Under the pieces are notes generated by a model that searched no databases, was not told where the DNA came from, and was given only the letters and a program-made list of their open reading frames with translations. DNA of 64,000 nucleotides from Myxococcales bacterium (lineage in GTDB: Bacteria > Myxococcota_A > Bradymonadia > REDH01). The position numbers and the translations under genes were made by a program. Each line of letters starts with the position of its first letter. The first letter of the stretch is position 1. Where the stretch lies: positions 2,660-66,659 of the forward strand of contig JACKDJ010000024.1 in the NCBI GenBank assembly GCA_020633625.1. The letters are read 5' to 3'. Positions 55,801 to 64,000 of the stretch are shown here, piece by piece.

Positions 55801-57167
55801 CCGGCCGAGTCCGCTACCGGGGCAAGACACGCTTCGGTCCGCGACTTCATTCGGAAGCGTGTGACCAGCGCCGCGGAGATCAGCGAGAGCGCGAGGGTTA
55901 GTCCCCACCACAGCGCGCGCGGGTCGTCTCCGAGCACGAACGCGCCCAGCACTCCTGCCGGTATCCCGACGAGCCAGTAGCCGGCGACGTTGAACAGCGG
56001 CGGGACTCGGGTGTCGTCGATGCCTCGCAGCACGGCGAACCCGACCGCCTGCGTCGCGTCGCCGATCTGCCACAGCGCCGCGACTGCCAGGAAGCCCGCA
56101 GCCACGCCTGCCGTCGCCGGGTCGTCGGTGTAGACAGCCGCGATGCCGTCGCGCAGCAGCCACGCCGCAGCCCCCGCCGTGACGCCAGAGATGAGGCCCC
56201 CGACAAACCCGGCCGTCCCGGCGAGCCGCAGCCCGGGCAGGTCCCGCCGACCACGGGCGTGCCCGACACGCACCCCCGCCGCGGACCCGATCGCCGTCGC
56301 GACGACGAACGTCGTAGCGGCGAAGTTGATCGCGATCTGGTGACCGGCCAGCGCCAGCTCTCCTTTCAGCCCCACGAGCACGGCCGTCGCCGAGAAGCCG
56401 CTCGCCTCGAGCATGTACTGTGCGCCGACCGGGGCACCGGTCCGAATGATGGCGACCCGCGCCCCGCGGACGTCGTCTTCGGCCGGCGCCGCCCCAGACG
56501 ACAGCGCATGCAGGCGCGGAGAGAACCTCATCATCGCCCGCAGCAGCAGAAACTCCGTAAGCGAACACGACAGCGTCGCGGCGCCGATGCCGACCACGCC
56601 GAGCGCCGGAACTCCCAGCCCGCCACCCGCGAGCCACACGTCGAGGACGCCGTTCACCACGTTCGCGGCGATGACGATGACCATGAACTGCCGCGTCTGC
56701 CCGTGCGCCGTCAGGAACGTCGAGTCTACGTGGAAGAGCAACGCAGGGATCGCGGCGAGGCCGATGATCGGCATGTACAATCGAAGCAGCGCGACGACCT
56801 CGGGCGGCTGCCCCATCAGCTCGAGCACCCACGGCGCGAGGCCAATCGCGGCAGCCGTCGGGATGGCGACCTGAACCCCGAGCCGCCGAGCCGCGACGAG
56901 GCCGGCGCGCCACCGACGCTCGTCGCCGGCCCCGACCGCGTTCGAGACGAGCGGATCGAGGCCGAGCATCAGGCCGTAGGCCGCGATGAACACGAAGATG
57001 TGGGCCGCGCCGGCGAGCCCGATCGCCGCGACGGCGGTCGACGAGACGCGGCCCGCGACGATCGTGTCGACGACATAGAGGATGTTGTGGCCTGCGCGCG
57101 CGACGACGAGCGGCGCGGCGGCCAGCGCGAGCGCGCGCAGCTCGCGGGTCAGGTCGCGTGGCGTCAT
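55797..57167 (-). CDS. MATE-family efflux transporter
   Basis: 12-TM pattern. The N-terminus MTPRDLTRELRALALAAAPLVVARAG... is typical of MATE. An alternative GTG start lies at 57200. Confidence 0.85.
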   Translation of the reverse strand: MTPRDLTRELRALALAAAPLVVARAGHNILYVVDTIVAGRVSSTAVAAIGLAGAAHIFVFIAAYGLMLGLDPLVSNAVGAGDERRWRAGLVAARRLGVQVAIPTAAAIGLAPWVLELMGQPPEVVALLRLYMPIIGLAAIPALLFHVDSTFLTAHGQTRQFMVIVIAANVVNGVLDVWLAGGGLGVPALGVVGIGAATLSCSLTEFLLLRAMMRFSPRLHALSSGAAPAEDDVRGARVAIIRTGAPVGAQYMLEASGFSATAVLVGLKGELALAGHQIAINFAATTFVVATAIGSAAGVRVGHARGRRDLPGLRLAGTAGFVGGLISGVTAGAAAWLLRDGIAAVYTDDPATAGVAAGFLAVAALWQIGDATQAVGFAVLRGIDDTRVPPLFNVAGYWLVGIPAGVLGAFVLGDDPRALWWGLTLALSLISAALVTRFRMKSRTEACLAPVADSAG

Positions 57168-57293
57168 CGTGGCTGCTATCGGATGGCTTCCTTGGTGCAC
57201 CGCGCGGTGCTACGGTCGCGCGCGCGAGAGCCCCTCGACCGTTGTCGGTCGGAGCAGAACACCAGCGGAAGCACCGCGAGACCCGAGGCGAAC

Positions 57294-58967
57294 GTGGAGA
57301 AGAAGTTCATCTATACGATGAAGGGCCTGTCGAAGGTGTATCCGCCCGACAGGCAGGTCCTAAACGACATCTGGCTCCAGTTCTACTACGGCGCCAAGAT
57401 CGGCATCCTCGGCGTCAACGGCGCCGGAAAGTCGACGCTGCTGCGCATCATGGCAGGCCAAGACACCGAGGTGCACGGCGAGTCGTTCCTCGGCGACGGC
57501 TTCACCGTGGGCTACCTGCCCCAGGAGCCCCGCCTCGACGAGACGCTGACGGTCAAGGAGAACGTCGAGCTCGCCGTCGCGCCGATCCGTAACCTGCTGA
57601 AGAAGTACGACGAGGTCAGCGCGGCTTACGCTGACCCCGACGCCGACTACGAGAAGCTTGCCGAAGAGCAGGCGCGGCTCCAGGACCAGATCGACGCCGC
57701 CGGCGCCTGGGACCTTGATCGCAAGCTCCAGATCGCGATGGACGCGCTCAACTGCCCCCCGGGCGACTCCGCCGTCACGCACCTGTCGGGCGGCGAGAAG
57801 CGCCGCGTCGCGCTCTGCAAGATCCTCCTCGAAGCGCCCGACCTGCTCCTCCTCGACGAGCCGACCAACCACCTCGACGCCGAGTCCGTTGCGTGGCTCG
57901 AGCGAACGCTGCGGGACTACGCCGGTAGCGTCGTCCTCATCACGCACGACCGATACTTCCTCGACAACGTCGTAGGCTGGATCCTGGAGCTCGATCGCGG
58001 CCGCGGCTTCCCGTTCGAGGGCAACTACTCGGCGTGGATCGAGCAGAAGGCCAAGCGACTCGAGCAGGAAGAGAAGCAGGAGTCGAAGCGCCAGCGGCAG
58101 CTCAAGGAAGAGCTCGACTGGGTCCGGCAGTCCCCCAAGGCGCGCCACGCCAAGGGCCAGGCGCGACTCAACCGCTACGAGGAGCTCCTCAACCAAGACG
58201 TGCAGGAGAAGGTCCAGAACACCGACATCTTCATCCCGCCCGGCACGCGCCGCCTGGGCACGACCGTCATCCTCGCCAACTCGATCACGAAGGGCTTCGA
58301 CGACCGCGTGCTGATCGAGGACCTCTCGTTCCGCCTCCCACCGAACGGCATCGTCGGCGTCATCGGGCCCAACGGCGCCGGCAAGACGACGCTGTTCAAG
58401 ATGATCACCGGCGCCGAGAAGGCCGACACGGGCGAGTTCACGGTCGGCGAGACCGTCGAGCTGGCCTACGTCACCCAGGGCCGCGACGAGCTCGACCCCG
58501 AGAAGTCCGTCTACGACGAGATCTCCGAGGGCCACGACATCATCCAGATGGGCAAGCGCGAGGTCAACGCCCGCTCGTATTGCTCGACCTTCAACTTCCG
58601 CGGCTCCGACCAGCAGAAGAAGGTCGGCAAGCTCTCGGGCGGTGAGCGCAACCGGGTCCAGCTCGCAAAGCTCCTCAAGCGCGGCGGCAACGTCCTGCTC
58701 CTCGACGAGCCTACCAACGACCTCGACGTCGACACGCTCCGCGCCCTCGAGCAGGCACTCGCCAGCTTCGCCGGCTGTGCCGTCGTCATCACCCACGACC
58801 GCTGGTTCCTCGACCGCATCGCGACCCACATCCTCGCCTTCGAGGGCGAGGGCCACGTCGAGTGGTTCGAGGGCAACTTCGCAGACTACGAGCGCGACAA
58901 GCGCACGCGCCTCGGAATCGACCCCGAGACCCCGCAGCGCTTCCGATACAAGCGCCTCACGCACTGA
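57294..58967 (+). CDS. ettA: ABC-F translational throttle protein EttA
   Basis: VEKKFIYTMKGLSKVYPPDRQVL. Two ABC cassettes (GVNGAGKST/LSGGEKRR/LLLLDEPTNHLD and GPNGAGKTT/LSGGERNR/VLLLDEPTNDLD). The first 345 codons of ORF 56259..58967 lie antisense to the MATE gene and were rejected. Confidence 0.9.
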   Translation: MEKKFIYTMKGLSKVYPPDRQVLNDIWLQFYYGAKIGILGVNGAGKSTLLRIMAGQDTEVHGESFLGDGFTVGYLPQEPRLDETLTVKENVELAVAPIRNLLKKYDEVSAAYADPDADYEKLAEEQARLQDQIDAAGAWDLDRKLQIAMDALNCPPGDSAVTHLSGGEKRRVALCKILLEAPDLLLLDEPTNHLDAESVAWLERTLRDYAGSVVLITHDRYFLDNVVGWILELDRGRGFPFEGNYSAWIEQKAKRLEQEEKQESKRQRQLKEELDWVRQSPKARHAKGQARLNRYEELLNQDVQEKVQNTDIFIPPGTRRLGTTVILANSITKGFDDRVLIEDLSFRLPPNGIVGVIGPNGAGKTTLFKMITGAEKADTGEFTVGETVELAYVTQGRDELDPEKSVYDEISEGHDIIQMGKREVNARSYCSTFNFRGSDQQKKVGKLSGGERNRVQLAKLLKRGGNVLLLDEPTNDLDVDTLRALEQALASFAGCAVVITHDRWFLDRIATHILAFEGEGHVEWFEGNFADYERDKRTRLGIDPETPQRFRYKRLTH

Positions 58968-59029
58968 GGCGCTCTCGGCCTCTCGCCGCCTGCTTGCACG
59001 GGCCGCGAGAGCCCGGGAAGGGAACTGGG

Positions 59030-59076
59030 GTCGAGCCGGTCGCCGCGCGGCGGGCCCGCGCGGCGACTGTCTCGAC
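59030..59076. terminator. bidirectional hairpin between convergent ettA and the lipoprotein gene
   Basis: The inner stem GTCGCCGCGCGG-CGGGC-CCGCGCGGCGAC is 12 bp. It is flanked by the outer pair GTCGAG/CTCGAC. Confidence 0.5.
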
Positions 59077-59084
59077 CCACGTCG

Positions 59085-60698
59085 CTACCGGCCGAGGACG
59101 AGATCGCCGGTCAGACCGGTGATCGTCACCTCGACCTCGATGAGCCCGAGGACGCTGTACGGGAAGGTCCCGATCACGGCCGTCGGGTCGTTGAACGAGA
59201 TGGTGACGCGGTCGTCGAAGGCAGAGACTTCCACCGACGTGTGCGTGAACGTCGCCGTGCCGTCGACCGGCGCGCTGGTGCCGGTGTCGTCCGCTCCAGC
59301 CGCGTGGAACACGAGGCCGAACGAGCCGGCCGCGCCGCTCATCTCACCCGTCGCGTAGCCGTCGGCCGTGTCCGCCGCCACAATCGACGTCCCTTCGGCC
59401 TGGACCATCGTCGCCTCGGAGATCGCGATCGTCACGCCCGTGATACCGAAGAGCTCGCCGCCGGCGACCGGCACGGACTCGGTGGAGTCAGCGAATGCGA
59501 CGCCGACGATCGTCAGCGTCGCCGCCCCCTCGTCATCGAAGCTCAGGTCGACCTGGCCGCTCTCGACGACGCGCGGGAGCTCGTACTCCACCGGCGTGCC
59601 GATCGCGTCGCCGGCCGTGACGGTGTAGAGCGTGTTGGACTCGCCGTCGTCGACGACGACGTCGTAGCGGACGGGGCCGTCGCAGACGTTGCCCACGCCG
59701 TCGCCGTCGAAGTCGAGCTGGTTCGGGTTGGCGTCGTCCGGGCAGTTGTCGGACGAGTCCGGCACCGAGTCACCGTCTGCGTCATCCTCGCTCGCGACCG
59801 GGTCGAGGGTGCAGCCGGTGATGTCGAACGCCGTGCAGTCGCTCATGCAGCCGAGCGTGCCGCCCACGAACGGCGTGCCGTCGACGTCGAAGTCGGTGCA
59901 GCTCAGCGCGATGCTGCCAGCGCCGTCGCAGACCTCGGGGCCCTCGATGGTTCGGTTGCCGCAGACGCTCTCTACGCAGGCGCTGTCGTCGATGGCGTCA
60001 CAGCCGGTGGAGCAGCTCAAGTCGCCGTCGAAGAACCCGCGCGTGCGGCAGCTCTGACCGGCGAACTCTTCGCCGTCGCAGACCTCGTGGCCAGCCTCGA
60101 CGTGAGCGTTGCCGCAGATCGAGACCTGACACGCGCTGGTGTCCTGCACGCACTCGTTGCAGGTAACCTCACCATCGCCGCCGGGGGCGAAGCCAAGGTC
60201 GACGCACGTATCGCTCGCGGCGCCGTCGCACTCTTCGTCTCCCGACACGATGTCGTCGCCGCACAGCGACATGTAGCAGGCGCTGGTGTCGAGGGCGCAG
60301 GCAGAGTCGCAGCCTAGCTCGCCGCCGATGAACCCCTGGGCGACGCAGTCGATCCCGGCCAGGATCTGCTCTCCGTCGCAGATCTCGCCGGTCTCGCGCA
60401 CGCCGTTGCCGCAGACGGCGGGCCCGGCGTCGCGTCCACTGTCGGGGACGTCGGGGCCAACCTCGGGGGTATCGCCGGGCGGGTCGATCGCGGGATCGGT
60501 CGTCGTGTCGACACCGATGTCGATCTGCGGCGTGTCGATGCCGAGGTCGCGACCGGTCGTGGTGTCGCCGGCGTCGGCGCCGCCGGTGTCGCTAACCGCG
60601 TCGGTGCCGACATCGTCGGACGGTGTCTCGACGGGGTCGTCGCCACACGCGGCCAGGAGGAGGGTGGCGATAGCGAGGAGCTTGGTGGTGCGGTTCAT
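59085..60698 (-). CDS. secreted lipoprotein with four Myxococcus-type Cys-rich repeats, thrombospondin type-3-like repeats and a C-terminal beta domain
   Basis: Lipobox LLLAACG. Four repeats start CGNG/CGDD/CGNA/CGNR..E(I/E/V)CDG with 6-7 Cys each. DADGDSVPDSSDNCPDDANPNQLDFDGDGVGNVCD follows. Confidence 0.75.
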   Translation of the reverse strand: MNRTTKLLAIATLLLAACGDDPVETPSDDVGTDAVSDTGGADAGDTTTGRDLGIDTPQIDIGVDTTTDPAIDPPGDTPEVGPDVPDSGRDAGPAVCGNGVRETGEICDGEQILAGIDCVAQGFIGGELGCDSACALDTSACYMSLCGDDIVSGDEECDGAASDTCVDLGFAPGGDGEVTCNECVQDTSACQVSICGNAHVEAGHEVCDGEEFAGQSCRTRGFFDGDLSCSTGCDAIDDSACVESVCGNRTIEGPEVCDGAGSIALSCTDFDVDGTPFVGGTLGCMSDCTAFDITGCTLDPVASEDDADGDSVPDSSDNCPDDANPNQLDFDGDGVGNVCDGPVRYDVVVDDGESNTLYTVTAGDAIGTPVEYELPRVVESGQVDLSFDDEGAATLTIVGVAFADSTESVPVAGGELFGITGVTIAISEATMVQAEGTSIVAADTADGYATGEMSGAAGSFGLVFHAAGADDTGTSAPVDGTATFTHTSVEVSAFDDRVTISFNDPTAVIGTFPYSVLGLIEVEVTITGLTGDLVLGR

Positions 60699-60880
60699 TT
60701 CGCTCTTTGGGCAGGACGCACGGAACGCACGGGAGTCGGCGGGTGCGAACGCTAGACGTTGGCCCCGCGCGGAGCAAGCCTTCCGCGCCGCAGCGCGTCA
60801 CACGCGCGGGACGATCGGTTGAAAACGACGGCACCGCGCACTAAGAGAGGCGCCCCGAACGCCCGCTGCCCGAGAGAGCC

Positions 60881-61795
60881 GTGACGCTGCCGCACCCCAC
60901 GCTGACCCACCTCCGCGCCCTCGAGGCCGAGAGCATCCACATCATCCGCGAGGTCGCCGCCGAGTTCGAGAACCCGGTGATGCTGTACTCGATCGGAAAG
61001 GACTCGGCCGTCATGCTGCGGCTGGCGATGAAGGCGTTCGCGCCCGGCACCCTGCCCTTCCCGCTCCTGCACATCGACACGACGTTCAAGTTCCGGGACA
61101 TGATCACGTTCCGCGACGAGTTCACGCGGGCGAACAACCTCAAGCTCCTCGTCCACACGAATCCGGACGCGCTGGCCGCCGGCATCAACCCGTTTACGCA
61201 CGGGAGCGCGAAGTACACACACGAGATGAAGACCGTCGCGCTGCGCCAAGCGCTGACCGCCGGCGGGTACGACGCGGCGTTCGGCGGCGCGCGCCGCGAC
61301 GAGGAGAAGTCCCGCGCCAAGGAGCGCATCTACTCGTTCCGCGACGAGTTCCACCAGTGGGACCCGAAGAGCCAGCGCCCCGAGCTCTGGAGCCTATACA
61401 ACGGCAAGATCCGCAAGGGCCAGAGCATCCGCGTCTTCCCTCTGTCCAACTGGACCGAGCTCGACGTCTGGCAGTACATCTACCTTGAGAACATCCCCAT
61501 CGTCCCGCTCTACCTCGCCGCCGAGCGACCGCTGGTGCAGCGCGACGGTGTTTGGATCATGGTCGACGACGACCGCCTCCCCCTCCTCCCGGGCGAGGTC
61601 CCCGAGATGAAGATGGCGCGGTTCCGCACGCTCGGCTGCTACCCGCTCTCCGGCGCCGTGCTCTCCAACGCGACGACCCTCCCCGAGGTCATCCAGGAGA
61701 TGCTCGAGGCGCGCCACTCCGAGCGCCAGGGCCGCGTCATCGACCACGACGAGGCCGGCTCCATGGAGAAGAAGAAGCGCGACGGCTACTTCTGA
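60881..61795 (+). CDS. cysD: sulfate adenylyltransferase subunit 2
   Basis: [15 protein letters not shown], the PP-loop MLYSIGKDS, and C-terminal [15 protein letters not shown] start. Confidence 0.9.
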   Translation: MTLPHPTLTHLRALEAESIHIIREVAAEFENPVMLYSIGKDSAVMLRLAMKAFAPGTLPFPLLHIDTTFKFRDMITFRDEFTRANNLKLLVHTNPDALAAGINPFTHGSAKYTHEMKTVALRQALTAGGYDAAFGGARRDEEKSRAKERIYSFRDEFHQWDPKSQRPELWSLYNGKIRKGQSIRVFPLSNWTELDVWQYIYLENIPIVPLYLAAERPLVQRDGVWIMVDDDRLPLLPGEVPEMKMARFRTLGCYPLSGAVLSNATTLPEVIQEMLEARHSERQGRVIDHDEAGSMEKKKRDGYF

Positions 61796-61853
61796 TCTCC
61801 ACGCCACGCCACCGCAACGCCCTCGCCGCACGCTCAGCGCCGCACGGACCGAC

Positions 61854-63710
61854 ATGATCACCGCCGACTCGCTCGACACCGACATCCATACATACCTCAA
61901 GCGCCACGAGAACAAGCAGCTCCTGCGCTTCGTCACGGTCGGCTCCGTCGACGACGGGAAGTCCACGCTCATCGGGCGACTGCTCTACGACACCCGCGGC
62001 GTCTACGAGGACCAGCTCGCCGACGCCCGCTCCGGCCCCGACGGACAGGTCGACCTCGCCCGCATCACCGACGGCCTCCAGGCCGAGCGCGAGCAGGGCA
62101 TCACCATCGACGTCGCGTACCGCTACTTCACCACGCGGACCCGCAAGTTCATCATCGCCGACACCCCCGGGCACGTTCAATACACCCGGAACATGGCGAC
62201 CGGCGCCTCGACCGCCAACGTCGCCATCATCCTCATCGACGCCCGACTCGGCGTGCTCCAACAGTCGCGACGCCACGCATACATCGCGTCGCTCCTCGGC
62301 ATCCCCAACCTCGTCGTCGCCATCAACAAGATGGACCTGCGCGGCTACGACCAGGGCGTCTACGAGGCGATCAAGGCCGACTTCACTGCGTTCGCAAAGC
62401 GCCTCTCGTTCCGCGAGGTGCGCTTCTTCCCGATCAGCGCTCTCCAAGGTGACAACTGCGTCACCACGTCGCCAAACACTCCGTGGTACGACGGCGGCAC
62501 CATCCTCGAGTACCTCGAGACCGTCGACATCGACAGCGACCGAAACTTCGACGACTTCCGTCTCCCGGTCCAGATCGTCCTCCGACCAAACCTCGACTAC
62601 CGCGGCTTCGCCGGGCAGATCGCGTCGGGTACCGTCCGCGTCGGAGACACCGTCACCGTCCTCCCCTCCGGCAAGTCCAGCCGCGTCACCGCCATCGACG
62701 CCTACGAGGACGAGCTGCCCGAGGCGTTCACGCCCCAGTCCGTCACGCTGCGCCTCGCCGACGAGATCGACATCTCGCGTGGCGACATCCTCGTGAGCGG
62801 CGGGCACCAGCCCACCGTCACCCGCCAGTTCGACGCGTCGGTCGTTTGGATGCACGAGCAACCGCTCGACCCCGCCAAGACGTACCTGATCAAGCACACG
62901 ACGCGCTACGTGCCCGTCTCGGTCGCCGCCGTCCGCTCGAAGATCGACCTCGAGACGCTCCAGACCGTCGACGCCGACACGCTGGCGCTCAACGACATCG
63001 GCCGGCTCACCCTCACGGCCCACCGCCCACTCGTCGTCGACCCGTACACGCGAAACCGCGCGACCGGCGCCTTCATCATCATCGACTCGCTCACCAACGA
63101 CACCGTCGCCGCGGGTATGATCGCCTCCGACGACGGACAGGGCGGGGTCGAGGCCACGACCGGCGGCCAGCCGCGCTCCGGCGTCAGCCACGCCGAGCGT
63201 CACAAGCGCCTCGGCCAGACCGGCGCCAGCGTCTGGCTCACCGGGCTCCCGGCAAGCGGAAAGTCGTCCATCGCCTACGCGCTCGAGCGCCGCCTCTTCG
63301 ACCTCGGCTACCTCCCGGCAGTCGTCGACGCCGACGACCACGGCGACGCCGCGCTCTTCGAGCACGAGCGTCAGCTCCCGGCGGCCGAGCTGGGTGCGAC
63401 CGCCGCCGCGTCCGCGCGCGCCGGGCTCGTCACCATCTGCGCGTTCGGCACGCGCACTGCCGCAGACCGCGCGGCGGCGCGGACCGCCGCCACCGGACGC
63501 GACGGGCGTCTGCCGACCCTCGAGGTCCACGTCGCCACTCCCGCCGACGTCTGCGCCCAGCGCGACACGCGCGGGCTGTGGTCGCGCGAAGACGCCGCTC
63601 AGTACGAGCCGCCGGCGTCGCCGGACCTCGTCGTCGACGGGCTCGACACCGACGAGGCGGTGGCCGCGATCATCGCCCTCCTGCGCGGCCGCGGCATCCT
63701 GTCGCGGTAG
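61854..63710 (+). CDS. cysN: sulfate adenylyltransferase subunit 1 (GTPase) fused to an APS-kinase-like C-terminal domain
   Basis: G1 GSVDDGKST, G3 DTPGH, G4 NKMD. From nt 63222 there is a P-loop domain (WLTGLPASGKSS) colinear with CysC, but several APS-kinase motifs are altered. Confidence 0.9.
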   Translation: MITADSLDTDIHTYLKRHENKQLLRFVTVGSVDDGKSTLIGRLLYDTRGVYEDQLADARSGPDGQVDLARITDGLQAEREQGITIDVAYRYFTTRTRKFIIADTPGHVQYTRNMATGASTANVAIILIDARLGVLQQSRRHAYIASLLGIPNLVVAINKMDLRGYDQGVYEAIKADFTAFAKRLSFREVRFFPISALQGDNCVTTSPNTPWYDGGTILEYLETVDIDSDRNFDDFRLPVQIVLRPNLDYRGFAGQIASGTVRVGDTVTVLPSGKSSRVTAIDAYEDELPEAFTPQSVTLRLADEIDISRGDILVSGGHQPTVTRQFDASVVWMHEQPLDPAKTYLIKHTTRYVPVSVAAVRSKIDLETLQTVDADTLALNDIGRLTLTAHRPLVVDPYTRNRATGAFIIIDSLTNDTVAAGMIASDDGQGGVEATTGGQPRSGVSHAERHKRLGQTGASVWLTGLPASGKSSIAYALERRLFDLGYLPAVVDADDHGDAALFEHERQLPAAELGATAAASARAGLVTICAFGTRTAADRAAARTAATGRDGRLPTLEVHVATPADVCAQRDTRGLWSREDAAQYEPPASPDLVVDGLDTDEAVAAIIALLRGRGILSR

Positions 63711-63740
63711 CCCGCTCCGAAGCGTCGCCGGCCGGTCCCG

Positions 63741-64000
63741 CTACTCGTCGCGCCAGCGAACGTCGCTGACGCGACGGGCCGGCACGCCTGCGATCATGCT
63801 GTGCGGCGGAAAGCTCGCGCCCTCCGTGACCACCGCGCCCGCCGCGACGACGCTGTGGGACCCGATCGTCGCGCCCATCAGGATCACGGCGTTGGTGCCC
63901 ACGAAGACATGGTCGCCGATCGACGTCGGCGCCCGGTCCACGTGCGGGTACGCCCGCGCGGTCACCGTGCGGCGCGCCGAGCTGTGCGTGATGATCTGAG
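63741..64000 (-). CDS. hexapeptide-repeat (LbH) acetyltransferase, 3' part only; the gene runs off the right edge
   Basis: IGDHVFVGTNAVILMGATIGSHSVVAAGAVVTEG...IAGVPARRV is a left-handed beta-helix repeat pattern. The reading frame stays open to nt 64000 beyond the ORF-track start at 63965. Confidence 0.6.
   Translation of the reverse strand, partial: QIITHSSARRTVTARAYPHVDRAPTSIGDHVFVGTNAVILMGATIGSHSVVAAGAVVTEGASFPPHSMIAGVPARRVSDVRWRDE

Overview
Very GC-rich (about 70% by eye) chromosomal segment. The gene content points to Myxococcota: two Hanks Ser/Thr kinases, five FHA domains, PEGA repeats, Myxococcus-type Cys-rich repeats and many lipoproteins. This taxonomic call is an inference; no search was run. 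I support about 55 protein genes. Most are core housekeeping: a CcsA/HemX-like gene followed by hemA-hemC-hemD, panD, an Hsp70/J-protein pair followed by cdsA-rseP-tsaB, hpt, rpsA, mpl, trxA, mreB-mreC-mreD-mrdA-rodA, znuA / znuCB / zur, pyrE, ettA and cysD-cysNC. No tRNA, rRNA, CRISPR array, transposase or integrase was seen. At least ten gene junctions show ATGA or GTGA start/stop overlaps, so the operons are tightly coupled. Many long Arg/Ala/Gly-rich ORFs in the track are antisense or off-frame shadows typical of high-GC DNA and were rejected. The candidates most worth a second look are:
- A divergent module of a PEGA Ser/Thr kinase facing an FHA-fused CpaF/VirB11-like protein whose ATPase motifs are all eroded, plus a double-FHA TM/TPR protein (24055-29746).
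- A znuA operon extended by a His-rich beta-barrel and two Cys/His lipoproteins, with an AT-rich Fur-box-like island in the divergent promoter (45004-50598).
- A 982-aa lipoprotein that reads as a circularly permuted esterase-type alpha/beta hydrolase carrying four Cys-bracketed acidic repeats (18505-21453).
- A roughly 340-bp composite direct/inverted repeat array between convergent genes (9490-9831).
CDS coordinates come from arithmetic on the ORF track. Coordinates of non-coding features were read by eye and may be off by 1-2 nt.
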